In this document: positions 1-8,137 of the stretch, in pieces
Numbering within the stretch: position 1 is the first letter of the stretch
Layout of the letters: each line of letters opens with the position of its first letter
IMG/VR virus record: IMGVR_UViG_3300018080_000117
Location: 32,001 to 96,000 of that record
DNA from: a virus
Strand: one strand, 5' to 3'
DNA: 64,000 nt
Translations under genes and position numbers: made by a program
The notes under the pieces: model-generated
The model's database searches: none
What the model saw: only the letters and a program-made list of their open reading frames with translations
Told to the model about the DNA's origin: nothing

Positions 1-236
1 TCGACACGATGGCCTGCCGGTGTGTGAAGAACTAAGGGGCCTTTTGATTTTGTCAACGGGACAGGTTCAGCGTTTTCCTGCTGCTGCTTTTCCCACGTCC
101 TCAATGTGATGTAGGGCAGACCTAACTTTGCCGCTGCCTGCTGCGCTGCTACACCGTCTGCCTTGAGTTTTCGGTAGCGTTTTACGAGTTCCGCTTTTTG
201 TTCTGGTGTTTTGTTGTTTCTTTTTTTCACTTTCAT
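1..236 (-). CDS. HTH DNA-binding protein, 3' end outside the window
   Basis: Own translation from ATG at 236: MKVKKRNNKTPEQKAELVKRYRKLKADGVAAQQAAAKLGLPYITLRTWEKQ, an HTH-like pattern. Confidence 0.55.
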   Translation of the reverse strand, partial: MKVKKRNNKTPEQKAELVKRYRKLKADGVAAQQAAAKLGLPYITLRTWEKQQQENAEPVPLTKSKGPLVLHTPAGHRV

Positions 237-247
237 AAGGGTACCTC

Positions 248-433
248 CTAACGTTTTACCACGTCCAACAAACGAGAAAACCGATAAACAACATCTAATA
301 TTTCTTTTGCAGATTCATCCCCATTCTTTGCTTGTTTTTCTACTTGCTCTAAAAAAGCGCGAAGTTGAACAAAGCAGTCACCCCCATCGGCACCAGAAAA
401 AACATCAGTAATTTTTTGCAGAGAAGTTTTCAT
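248..433 (-). CDS. hypothetical protein
   Basis: 61 aa ORF with GGAGG RBS upstream, co-oriented with neighbours. Confidence 0.6.
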   Translation of the reverse strand: MKTSLQKITDVFSGADGGDCFVQLRAFLEQVEKQAKNGDESAKEILDVVYRFSRLLDVVKR

Positions 434-475
434 TAGGCTTACCTCCTACCTATGATCGTAGTAAATCGCATCGAT

Positions 476-535
476 TCAAAACAGCAAAGTCAACATCCAA
501 CCATCTGGCTTGGCAACAGGTTCGAAGCGAATCAT
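476..535 (-). pseudogene. N-terminal remnant of the ATPase's partner gene (probably an HNH nuclease)
   Basis: ATGA overlap with the ATPase stop. Reads MIRFEPVAKPDGWMLTLLF* and stops after 19 aa. The start resembles, from recall, MIRxxPxxxP openings of HNH genes that follow such ATPases. Confidence 0.4.
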
Positions 536-1605
536 CCCTCGCCCCCGTCAGCCGCTTCATGCTTGACGACCCATCGTGGCCAGAACGAATCGTGGCCAGC
601 CAAAGTTCGAATGAGTTCTCGCAATGTAACGCTGTTGTCCTGCAAATCGAGCAGGAACACCCCGTCACGTTCCTCTTCGAAGATCAGCTCAATTGAGGCA
701 AGAACCAGCGGCGAGTGTGTAGCGGTAATAAGTTGCGTCTTGGCGTTGTGCTCTCCAGTCAGGGCTTCCATCACTTCGAGCAAGGCCGGGACTACGCGTC
801 GCTGCCATTCTGGATGCAGATGGGCTTCTACCTCGTCGATGAGGAAGATAATCTCTGAGACAGGTGTCTCGCCACGAAGCTTGCACGCCTCCAAATGCTC
901 TTGCCAAGTCCAGACCAAAAGATAGGCCAGGGCCACTACTCGGCGCATACCAGCCGAGGCGTGGATGAGGGCGACGTCCTCGCCATAGGGCATCTTCAGG
1001 GTTGGGTACCTTTTCGGATCATCCAGAGAAACCTTGCGAAGATCCCCGGGGATGAGCTGTGATGGTGAGAGCGACTTCAGAACGCTCTTGAGCTGTTGAA
1101 AAGCCTCTCCGTCTTCTCTTTGCCAAGATGCCCAATCACGAATGAGGCCTTCGCAGAGGTCGTTGCCTTCCCAGACCTGGTCGGAAGTGAAAAGATAGGA
1201 CTTAGGACGATCTGAATCATCTTTTTTCCAATAGTTGCGAGCGGGATCCCAGACCGAGAACCCGCCGTCGACCTGGGCGTAGATCACCATACTCGGAATA
1301 GGCGGGCGGCCTCGCTTGACGCTCCACTCTTCGCTTTCACGATCAAACGTGCTTGTGTAGTCGTACGTCCCACCGGCCTTCGCTTTGTAACGATAACTAA
1401 TGCTCGGTCTTGCAAGTGGAGGATGAGGCACCATGGGAAGGCGCGCCCAGGTGCAAGTGAGCGCCCACCATGCGACATCAAGAAGAAAAGTCTTGCCGAG
1501 CCCATTGTCCCCAGCGAGAAAGTTCAAACGCTCTTTGAAGTCGATCTTGAGCGATGGCGCTGGGCCGACGTTTTGAAACTTCAGTGATTCAAGCTGTTTG
1601 CTCAT
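532..1605 (-). CDS. ABC/AAA_21-type ATPase (AbiEii/PtuA-like), probably internally deleted near the C-terminus
   Basis: Walker A GDNGLGKT, signature ASAGMRR, Walker B/D-loop FLIDEVEAHLHPEWQ, H-loop TATHSP. Likely start is MSKQLE at 1605. Confidence 0.85.
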   Translation of the reverse strand: MSKQLESLKFQNVGPAPSLKIDFKERLNFLAGDNGLGKTFLLDVAWWALTCTWARLPMVPHPPLARPSISYRYKAKAGGTYDYTSTFDRESEEWSVKRGRPPIPSMVIYAQVDGGFSVWDPARNYWKKDDSDRPKSYLFTSDQVWEGNDLCEGLIRDWASWQREDGEAFQQLKSVLKSLSPSQLIPGDLRKVSLDDPKRYPTLKMPYGEDVALIHASAGMRRVVALAYLLVWTWQEHLEACKLRGETPVSEIIFLIDEVEAHLHPEWQRRVVPALLEVMEALTGEHNAKTQLITATHSPLVLASIELIFEEERDGVFLLDLQDNSVTLRELIRTLAGHDSFWPRWVVKHEAADGGEG

Positions 1606-1838
1606 TCCTTGCCCTCCACAATGCGCTGTGCGTCGCCCCATTCTTTGCCATATTTCCAATCCAAATCTTGGCAGCAATCCCGCAAATCTCTGATCAGCCA
1701 AATGGCCACAGCCAGGCGGGCCCTGAGGTCGTCATCTTCACCAAAACAACGACCGCACATGATGTTGGCCGCAGGCTCCCTGCCGCAACGGTGGCATCTA
1801 GCAAATACCTTTTTGTCAACGTCAACACAATGGTTCAT
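1602..1838 (-). CDS. small Cys-rich hypothetical protein
   Basis: CxxC...CxxC; the stop overlaps the ATPase start. The start could be 1838 or 1910. Confidence 0.5.
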   Translation of the reverse strand: MNHCVDVDKKVFARCHRCGREPAANIMCGRCFGEDDDLRARLAVAIWLIRDLRDCCQDLDWKYGKEWGDAQRIVEGKE

Positions 1839-1901
1839 GCCGTACAGCCTCTCGCAGATTTGCCTCACGCAAATCAGTCCAACACAGATCAGCCTCTCGC
1901 A

Positions 1902-2434
1902 GATGATCATATTCTCACCCCACATTCTTTGGCTATCATCTCCCACAGCTCCCAAAGGGGTTTGGCTGGCCCAGGCGACCATAGCCTTTTTTTCTCTTTG
2001 AAAAGCACAACACGATCCTTCCCGCCCATGCGCAGTGGGCAGGACCCGCCATTCGTCCAATCGTTCATCAACGCCTCTCCGTTCGGCAACGCAGACGCGT
2101 CAAGCCTCATCAACTCAACAGTCAGATCGTCTGATAATTCTCCCCAACTTGCCATCATTATCTGCACCACAGAATACCCAGCCCCACGCAGGTCGGCATC
2201 ATGCATATAGGCTCCACGCAGATCAGCACCGATAAAAGAAGAATCACGCAAATCAGCCCGACACAGATTGACTCTACGCAGATCAGCCTCTCGCAGATCA
2301 GCCTCTCGCAGATCAACCTCTCGCAGATCAACCTTTCGCAAATCAGCCCAACACAGATTGACTCCACGCAAGACAGCCTTTCGCAGGTTGGCTCCTGGCT
2401 TGATTTCATATCCGTTGATGATCATATTCTCACC
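1902..2434. repeat. 18-bp direct repeat bracketing the pentapeptide gene
   Basis: GATGATCATATTCTCACC at 1902-1919 and 2417-2434. Confidence 0.85.
1907..2425 (-). CDS. pentapeptide repeat protein
   Basis: Tandem A(D/N)LRx repeats (GANLRKAVLRGVNLCWADLRKVDLREVDLREADLREADL). Confidence 0.9.
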   Translation of the reverse strand: MIINGYEIKPGANLRKAVLRGVNLCWADLRKVDLREVDLREADLREADLRRVNLCRADLRDSSFIGADLRGAYMHDADLRGAGYSVVQIMMASWGELSDDLTVELMRLDASALPNGEALMNDWTNGGSCPLRMGGKDRVVLFKEKKRLWSPGPAKPLWELWEMIAKECGVRI

Positions 2435-2816
2435 TCAACGTAGCAAACACCTTGCCGTCACCCTCTACACCAAAATAACCTTCTCCCGAATGAAAATCCT
2501 CAGTGGGGCCAAAAGCGGCTAGCCACCACTTCACGGCTTCCAAAGAGGTTTCCGCAGAAACGGTTTGTTCAATTTGCAGCCCAACCAACTTGCCCTCCAC
2601 AAAGGTGAAGGTGTTTTCTTCCCCGGCAACGTCGGTTGTTAGGTCTTGACCTTTCTGATCTTCGATAAGGCACACGTACCGCCCATTGACGGGATCTTGC
2701 CGGTTACACAGTTTTGAAAACGTGTACATCCTCTTGACTTGTTTTGGGCTTTGACCCCAGGAGACACCCTGGTGAAAAGGTGCTGCTACCAACGCTACCA
2801 AAATAAGTGCTTGCAT
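2430..2816 (-). CDS. hypothetical protein with signal-peptide-like N-terminus
   Basis: MQALILVALVAAPF; AGGAGG RBS. Confidence 0.65.
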   Translation of the reverse strand: MQALILVALVAAPFHQGVSWGQSPKQVKRMYTFSKLCNRQDPVNGRYVCLIEDQKGQDLTTDVAGEENTFTFVEGKLVGLQIEQTVSAETSLEAVKWWLAAFGPTEDFHSGEGYFGVEGDGKVFATLR

Positions 2817-2830
2817 TTTTCCCTCCTAGT

Positions 2831-2852
2831 AAACCTTAGTAAAGTTTACTAA
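2831..2852 (-). promoter_or_regulatory. palindrome plus ACTAAGGTTT motif upstream of the 2816 start
   Basis: TTAGTAAA-G-TTTACTAA perfect inverted repeat overlapping AAACCTTAGT. Confidence 0.4.
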
Positions 2853-3051
2853 AGAAGGTCACTAGTAGTAAAGTATTTTTTGTGGCTAGATTACAAGTCC
2901 GGATTATTGTTGTAAAAAATAGTGCCCGAAAAAGCGGCTTTGCTTGTGTGTGCCCAAGTGACTTTTGCAGTTAATCAAAAAAAACACGAAGCGGCTTTTA
3001 TCGAGCACTTTCTGAAAAATAACTTGTCGGCAAAAGACCGTCAAATTAAAA

Positions 3052-3261
3052 TTACAGTTTGGAGCCTTTTTCTTCTAGTATTTTTGCGGTCCCTGCCTTT
3101 ATTTCCTGAAGAGTTTGACGGGGGAGCATATTTCCTACGTAGATTTTAGAGCCCGCTGAGAACTTGACCAGATAAAAAGTCAATCCTCTGTCCCTAGCGT
3201 AGGTTTCAGCCTTTCGGCGCTGTCGTTTGTTGTCTGCAGGAAACCAGCGAGAAGCGGGCAT
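3052..3261 (-). CDS. hypothetical protein
   Basis: 69 aa ORF in a minus-strand run. Confidence 0.55.
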   Translation of the reverse strand: MPASRWFPADNKRQRRKAETYARDRGLTFYLVKFSAGSKIYVGNMLPRQTLQEIKAGTAKILEEKGSKL

Positions 3262-3270
3262 TCATAATCC

Positions 3271-3783
3271 TTACGTAAAAAGCGCCATTAGAAAATTGAA
3301 AAACTGTTGCTTGGGCACCTCAAGGGTCATTTTTACCATTGCGTTATTGGTGCTTTCAACCTGCAACGTCAAGGTCTCTTCAATGTTGCGTGGCTTACTT
3401 GGACTAATATTCGCGGGGGGAGTAACCTTTTTGCGTGCGCCTTTTTCAACTTGCTTCTCAGCTTCCGCTTTGACGTTAGAGTCAATAACCGGGGTTCTCT
3501 TCGGTGCCCCGGTTTTACCCTGACCCACCGTATCTGGGATTCCCAACGTTTTACGAAGAGCAGCATCGATTTGTTTTTGAGTGCGTTTAGATTTGACCTT
3601 TACCGGCAAAGGCCGATCCAAACGCACCAACCGTGCTAAGTGGTGCCCCGGAGGAAGATCCACGTTATGCCTTTCTCGCAACAAAGACACAATTTTCCCC
3701 CACCGAGTTCCTTCTTTTTGAAGCACTAGTGCCTCGTTTTTGATTGTTGCCCACATGTCATAAGTAAGTTCCTTGTAGTGCAT
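3271..3783 (-). CDS. hypothetical basic protein
   Basis: GGAGG RBS before MHYKEL at 3783. Confidence 0.65.
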   Translation of the reverse strand: MHYKELTYDMWATIKNEALVLQKEGTRWGKIVSLLRERHNVDLPPGHHLARLVRLDRPLPVKVKSKRTQKQIDAALRKTLGIPDTVGQGKTGAPKRTPVIDSNVKAEAEKQVEKGARKKVTPPANISPSKPRNIEETLTLQVESTNNAMVKMTLEVPKQQFFNFLMALFT

Positions 3784-4025
3784 TCTTCTACCTCCAAAAA
3801 GTCCCTGCGTGCTTGCTGTAAGATGTTCCAAAAATGTTCGTAAGGTACGCCTAAGCTTTTACAGATCGAACTTGTTGCAGCAACAATGCCTGCAGCAAGA
3901 GGGTATAGGTACTTAGCCTCGATGTAGGTCTCGGCAGTAAGAATTCCAACAGCCACACTTTTAGCGTAGCTCTCAAACTCTTTTTTCGTTGCATCTCGAT
4001 CTTTCAAAAGAAGCTCCCTGCACAA
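3726..4025 (-). CDS. hypothetical protein
   Basis: 99 aa ORF filling the gap between co-oriented genes. Confidence 0.5.
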   Translation of the reverse strand: MCRELLLKDRDATKKEFESYAKSVAVGILTAETYIEAKYLYPLAAGIVAATSSICKSLGVPYEHFWNILQQARRDFLEVEECTTRNLLMTCGQQSKTRH

Positions 4026-4380
4026 CCGCCGCGTGACCGCAAGAGGTTTGGCTGTTCACATACTCAACCATATTAGGATTTCTGTTTATTACACAATCAA
4101 CGAACTTCTTGATATCGCTCTTCACAAATTTATAAGCGAGGTAAACTTGTTCCCCGCGAATATTCATGTCATCGAGGTGAAAAAGCACCTCGATCATTTC
4201 CACCAAATCCGCTTGTAACTGCGTAAGGACAGATAGGGCCCCAGGATTGCCTTCGCTCATCAAAAGCAACAAGTCTTTGACGGACATATCGGGAGTTATG
4301 GATTCCCGCGCTGCTACCAAACCTTCATTTTTTTCGGAGCCCATTAAACAAATTCCTTCTCTTGAAGTTTTCAATCGCAT
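3973..4380 (-). CDS. hypothetical phage protein
   Basis: 135 aa; MSEGNPGALSVL...LDDMNIRG motif typical of small phage proteins. Confidence 0.65.
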   Translation of the reverse strand: MRLKTSREGICLMGSEKNEGLVAARESITPDMSVKDLLLLMSEGNPGALSVLTQLQADLVEMIEVLFHLDDMNIRGEQVYLAYKFVKSDIKKFVDCVINRNPNMVEYVNSQTSCGHAAVVQGASFERSRCNEKRV

Positions 4381-4457
4381 ACCGCAGTGCCCGAAAACTA
4401 ACTTAGTTTTATCTAGTAGTCAATTGGAAAACACCAGGGCCCTGGCGTCCCGTACTT

Positions 4458-4513
4458 TGCATCTTAGTGCATTATTGCCTGCTCTGAACAGCAAGAATCT
4501 GCACTAAGATGCA
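4458..4513. repeat. perfect 14-bp inverted repeat in an intergenic region
   Basis: TGCATCTTAGTGCA (4458-4471) and TGCACTAAGATGCA (4500-4513), 28-nt spacer. Confidence 0.8.
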
Positions 4514-4525
4514 TCATCTCCGCGA

Positions 4526-4849
4526 TTAAACCCGTTGCTTAGCACGGGCATGCAGGTGCAAGTGGCTCGTCGCTTCCTTCTGACTGTAGTCTACCCACCA
4601 ATTATTCGTCCCGTACCAATCATCGGCTACCGGCTTCAAAGCTCGATCCATCCGTAAAAGTAATCCAGGGCTAAAGTTTCTGGTGTGCTGTTTGAGCGTG
4701 GCGACGAAGTCTAAACAAATAGGACAACGAAAAACTAAAAACTCCTCAGTCTCTTTTATTATCTTTTGCGGTAGTTTGCACAAGGCACACCGCACCCGTG
4801 ATCGCAAATTCCAATCGATAACCGTTTCTAGATTTTCGAATTCGTTCAA
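4526..4849 (-). CDS. hypothetical Zn-ribbon-like protein
   Basis: CALC...CPIC; TTG start with GAGGAG RBS. Confidence 0.55.
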   Translation of the reverse strand: MNEFENLETVIDWNLRSRVRCALCKLPQKIIKETEEFLVFRCPICLDFVATLKQHTRNFSPGLLLRMDRALKPVADDWYGTNNWWVDYSQKEATSHLHLHARAKQRV

Positions 4850-4910
4850 CTCACTCCTCTATCTAAATCCAAATCGTACTCCTGGATGACCGTATGTATT
4901 TGTGCATGAA

Positions 4911-6176
4911 CTACACCACCTGAGCAAAAGGCGCTTCAGGTGGAGTTTCGTGCTTCAACGGCGGGTCCAACGACCCACCTCCACACCACGCCGGTTCCCG
5001 ACGTGAAAGCTTCTTCAAAGCCCAAGCAAGCATCACTCTGGCTGCGTTTTCATCTCGTCCGCAGATGACCCCGCATTTGCACTCATGCATGCGATCAGAC
5101 AGAGACTTGCGTCTCTGCTTTCCGCATACATGACAAGTCTGCGACGGCTTGACATGACGAGTTGGAATCTCCACCCACTCGACACCAGCTTCTTCCGCTT
5201 TGTATCTGAGGAGTTGGAGGAACGCAGACGGAGATGTGTCTAAGATAGACCGATTCAATCCGGCCTTTTGCCTCACGTTTTTGCCGGGGTCTTCTTTGGT
5301 CCCACGAGCTGAACTGGTCATCGCCTTGACGTTGAGCTTCTCGGTGGCAATCAGTGCCAACATCCCAATCAACTGAGCCGATAGCTTGTGCAAAAAATCC
5401 CTGCGCTTGTTGGCCACCTGGGCATGCAGTCTGGCTACTTGGCCACGAGCCTTGGTGCGATTCTTGGAGCCTCGTTTCTTGCGGGACAAATTGCGTTGGG
5501 CTTTTCTAAGCTTGCCCATGGCTTGGTTGATGTGTCTGGGGTTCTCAATCTCCTTGGTGCAACCGTCTTCGAAGGCCAATGTGCTGAACTTTGCCGTTCC
5601 CCAATCTAGGCCTGCTGCCAATCTTCCTTTTTGCCTCTTGGGTTCACAATTCAGCGTCACAGATGCGTACCATTTGCCCTGCCTGTGCTGAATCTCCATC
5701 GTCTTTGGAGTCCCAGGCGTTCTTGCTCGGCCACGTATCGTGATCAACCCAACCCCGGACACTCTCAGCTTGCCGTTGCGCTGGCCCTCCCCAGCCAGCA
5801 GGCGCCATCCATCGCCGTGGGTTTTGTATCCCCAGCCTGAAAAGCGACGAAGAGACTTGAACCTGGGAAATCCTGCCTTGCCCTTACGGGTCCGCACTCG
5901 ACGAAAGAAGTGCTGAAAAGCCAGGTCTAGGCGCTTCAAAGTCACCTGGCATGATTGAGCATTGAGCTTCTGGTAATCAGGATCATCTCTGCGGAGCTGG
6001 GTCAACTCACGGCATTGCTGGGAAAAACGAACCGTCTCTTGGCGAGACCGATAAGCCCAGATTCGATGTTCAAGCGCTGCATTGTACAGCCTTTGGTGGG
6101 CTTGCAATTGTCCTTGAAGCTGCTCCTGTTGCTTCTTTGTTGGATACAGTTGATATGTGACCTTGCGTTGTTCCAC
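4911..6176 (-). CDS. tnpB: RNA-guided endonuclease TnpB
   Basis: N-terminal YQLYPT HTH, GFPRFK, RuvC motifs GLDWG / ATEKL / GRDENAA, Zn ribbon CHVC...CKCG. Confidence 0.95.
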   Translation of the reverse strand: MEQRKVTYQLYPTKKQQEQLQGQLQAHQRLYNAALEHRIWAYRSRQETVRFSQQCRELTQLRRDDPDYQKLNAQSCQVTLKRLDLAFQHFFRRVRTRKGKAGFPRFKSLRRFSGWGYKTHGDGWRLLAGEGQRNGKLRVSGVGLITIRGRARTPGTPKTMEIQHRQGKWYASVTLNCEPKRQKGRLAAGLDWGTAKFSTLAFEDGCTKEIENPRHINQAMGKLRKAQRNLSRKKRGSKNRTKARGQVARLHAQVANKRRDFLHKLSAQLIGMLALIATEKLNVKAMTSSARGTKEDPGKNVRQKAGLNRSILDTSPSAFLQLLRYKAEEAGVEWVEIPTRHVKPSQTCHVCGKQRRKSLSDRMHECKCGVICGRDENAARVMLAWALKKLSRREPAWCGGGSLDPPLKHETPPEAPFAQVV

Positions 6177-6243
6177 GTCTAAGTCTCACCCCAAGCTCAA
6201 ACTCTTTGACTTTATCACCCATCTCTGACACAAACTCTTAGTT

Positions 6244-6660
6244 ATGGCAAGCAAAATTGAACTAGAAACCCTTTCTCACTGCTCATATTCAATGCATGTG
6301 CATTTAGTTCTAGTCACAAAGTACCGCCGCAAGTGTATTGATCGCCAAGTCCTAAACCGCCTAAGAGAGATCTTCGAAGCCACAACCGCGAAATGGAACT
6401 GTCGGCTCTTGGAGTTCAACGGAGAACGGGACCATGTTCACTTGCTCATGGCCATCAACCCGACCATCCAACCATCTAAGCTCATCAACAACCTCAAGAC
6501 AGTCTCATCCAGACTGATTCGCAAAGAATTTCAGAAGCGGCTTGAGAAAGTGTACAGAAAACCGGTGTTCTGGAGCCGCACCTACTGCCTCATAAACTGC
6601 GGAGGCGCTCCCCTGAGCATCATCAAGCAGTACATCGAAAACCAAGATGACCTCGATTAA
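6244..6660 (+). CDS. tnpA: IS200-type Y1 (HUH) transposase
   Basis: HLVLVTKYRR, HUH motif DHVHLL, FWSRTY, catalytic IKQYIENQ. Confidence 0.95.
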   Translation: MASKIELETLSHCSYSMHVHLVLVTKYRRKCIDRQVLNRLREIFEATTAKWNCRLLEFNGERDHVHLLMAINPTIQPSKLINNLKTVSSRLIRKEFQKRLEKVYRKPVFWSRTYCLINCGGAPLSIIKQYIENQDDLD

Positions 6661-6959
6661 CACCGCCGCGCTTCACCACCAGCCAACGAAAACCCTGTTT
6701 GGCTGGAGCACTGCGCGGCATTTGGGTAGGCCCATTCAATCGCGTCTTGCGGAGTTTTGAACTTTTCGTCTGCTGTTGTGTACTTCCGTACACTCCTAAT
6801 CTCCGATTGATTGACCAGGTGGTACAACGCAAAAAACGCTTCTTGGGCATGCAGAACTGCATAAGCTTGTTCTTTAGGGACAACCAAAATAACTGTTTGG
6901 TTGTCAGGACTGGGTTGAATCGTGACCGCTGGTTTTTCTTGGCAACAATATTTTTTCAT
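6657..6959 (-). pseudogene. phage gene interrupted by the IS (native 3' end at 4846-4905)
   Basis: After ...IEWAYPN the ORF reads into the IS end. The in-frame tail AQIHTVIQEYDLDLDRGVS* lies on the other side of the element. Confidence 0.7.
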
Positions 6960-7350
6960 TCACTGCCCCTAGATCTATTACTTTTTCTTGATCTGGTTCA
7001 ATCCCAAACTTACTAAACGCTACCGTGTACCACTCATTATTCACAGCTTCTTGCGCTTGCTCTTTGGTGATTTTCTTGCCTGCCAACGCCATCCCGATTT
7101 CACACAAATAAAGGTTGCAAACCTTAGGACGACGAGACCTCTTCAATTTGCAACCTCGACGAGGTCTTTGATAGGGGCAAGAAAGATTAGCAGAGCGTCT
7201 CGGAAAGCGATCGGTGATTTCTGGAACGTCTACCCAAAACTTACAACAGTTACCGCAACTGACTGGACACGGGATGTTTTCTAAGGGATTGCCGTCATCG
7301 TCGGCCAGGTACCGAATTACTTTTGTGGTGTCTTCGAATTTTGCCAACAT
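6904..7350 (-). CDS. Cys-cluster protein (YkgJ/CxxCxxCC-like metal-binding)
   Basis: CPVSCGNCC...CPY...GC...RPKVC..YLC. Confidence 0.6.
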   Translation of the reverse strand: MLAKFEDTTKVIRYLADDDGNPLENIPCPVSCGNCCKFWVDVPEITDRFPRRSANLSCPYQRPRRGCKLKRSRRPKVCNLYLCEIGMALAGKKITKEQAQEAVNNEWYTVAFSKFGIEPDQEKVIDLGAVNEKILLPRKTSGHDSTQS

Positions 7351-8105
7351 TATTTTGTGTACCTACTGTTTTGATCTTTGAAGCAATGCTCTCGGTAGGA
7401 ACAATACCCGCACCACTTGAATTTTAAGTTGCGAAAAAACCAATCCTCGTTCGTTCGCATCGCTTTCCTTACTTCAGCGGCCATTTCCCAAAACTTAGCA
7501 ACCGTTTGCTTTATCTGATCCTCAGACACAGAAACAGAAATTACTTTTCCAGGCTCCAAAAAAACATACTCCCCTTTAGCCGGGATGCGAAACTTTTTTC
7601 TGGCCCAATTAACGTAAGTAGGAATTTGGGGGCTGTTTAGTATTTCTTTCTTCGTCAGAGCCTTTTTGTTAGTTTTGTAGTCAACCACAACCAGTTCATT
7701 GTTCCTACTATCTACTCGATCGGCTTTTCCTACCACCACCACGTCGTTGCCGATCGGGAGCTTGAACAACTGCTCTACGCTAACGATGTCTTGAGGATTT
7801 GGCTTAGGAGCGGTTTTGAGGTACCACAGAAGCATTCGTTTGATACGTTGCTTGTCAGGAGTAGTCAAGCCCTTCGATTGTCTCACAGCGGCTCTGAAGG
7901 ATTCGGACATCAACTTAGAAAGGTTTTCGTCGCTGTCTTGCTGGTGCTTGTGAAAAAGCTCTAACGCAAGGTGCGCCGTATTACCAATCTCCAACGCAGT
8001 ACTAGGAGGCTCGGGCCTTTTCTGAACGTACTTATAAAGGTAAAGCCTACGACAATTGTGATAAGTTTCTAACTTAGATACCGAGGTGTAGAACTTGTAA
8101 GCCAT
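7350..8105 (-). CDS. PD-(D/E)XK nuclease, RecB/Cas4-like, with probable Fe-S ligands
   Basis: SVSKLETYHNC, GNTAHLALE, GKADRVD, VVDYKT, C-terminal CGYCSYREHC. Confidence 0.9.
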   Translation of the reverse strand: MAYKFYTSVSKLETYHNCRRLYLYKYVQKRPEPPSTALEIGNTAHLALELFHKHQQDSDENLSKLMSESFRAAVRQSKGLTTPDKQRIKRMLLWYLKTAPKPNPQDIVSVEQLFKLPIGNDVVVVGKADRVDSRNNELVVVDYKTNKKALTKKEILNSPQIPTYVNWARKKFRIPAKGEYVFLEPGKVISVSVSEDQIKQTVAKFWEMAAEVRKAMRTNEDWFFRNLKFKWCGYCSYREHCFKDQNSRYTK

Positions 8106-8137
8106 GCGCCTTCCTTTTTGCAGAAGGCGTACCGGCT

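Larger units (their letters stand above)
4906..6719. mobile_element. IS200/IS605-family element with divergent tnpA and tnpB
   Basis: tnpA + tnpB; subterminal hairpin CCAGCCAA...TTGGCTGG (6679-6706); right end GTAGTTCAT. Removing the element restores an ORF. Boundaries are ambiguous by up to 4 nt. Confidence 0.9.

Noticed and set aside
2158-2522. ICERL / SQISL / RRSAS repeat ORFs
   Set aside because: Alternative frames of the pentapeptide repeat DNA.
4904-6721. 4-bp GCAT at both IS ends as a target-site duplication
   Set aside because: Y1 HUH transposases do not duplicate targets; treated as junction ambiguity.
7350-8105. CRISPR-Cas locus based on the Cas4-like gene
   Set aside because: No cas1, cas2 or array visible in the window.
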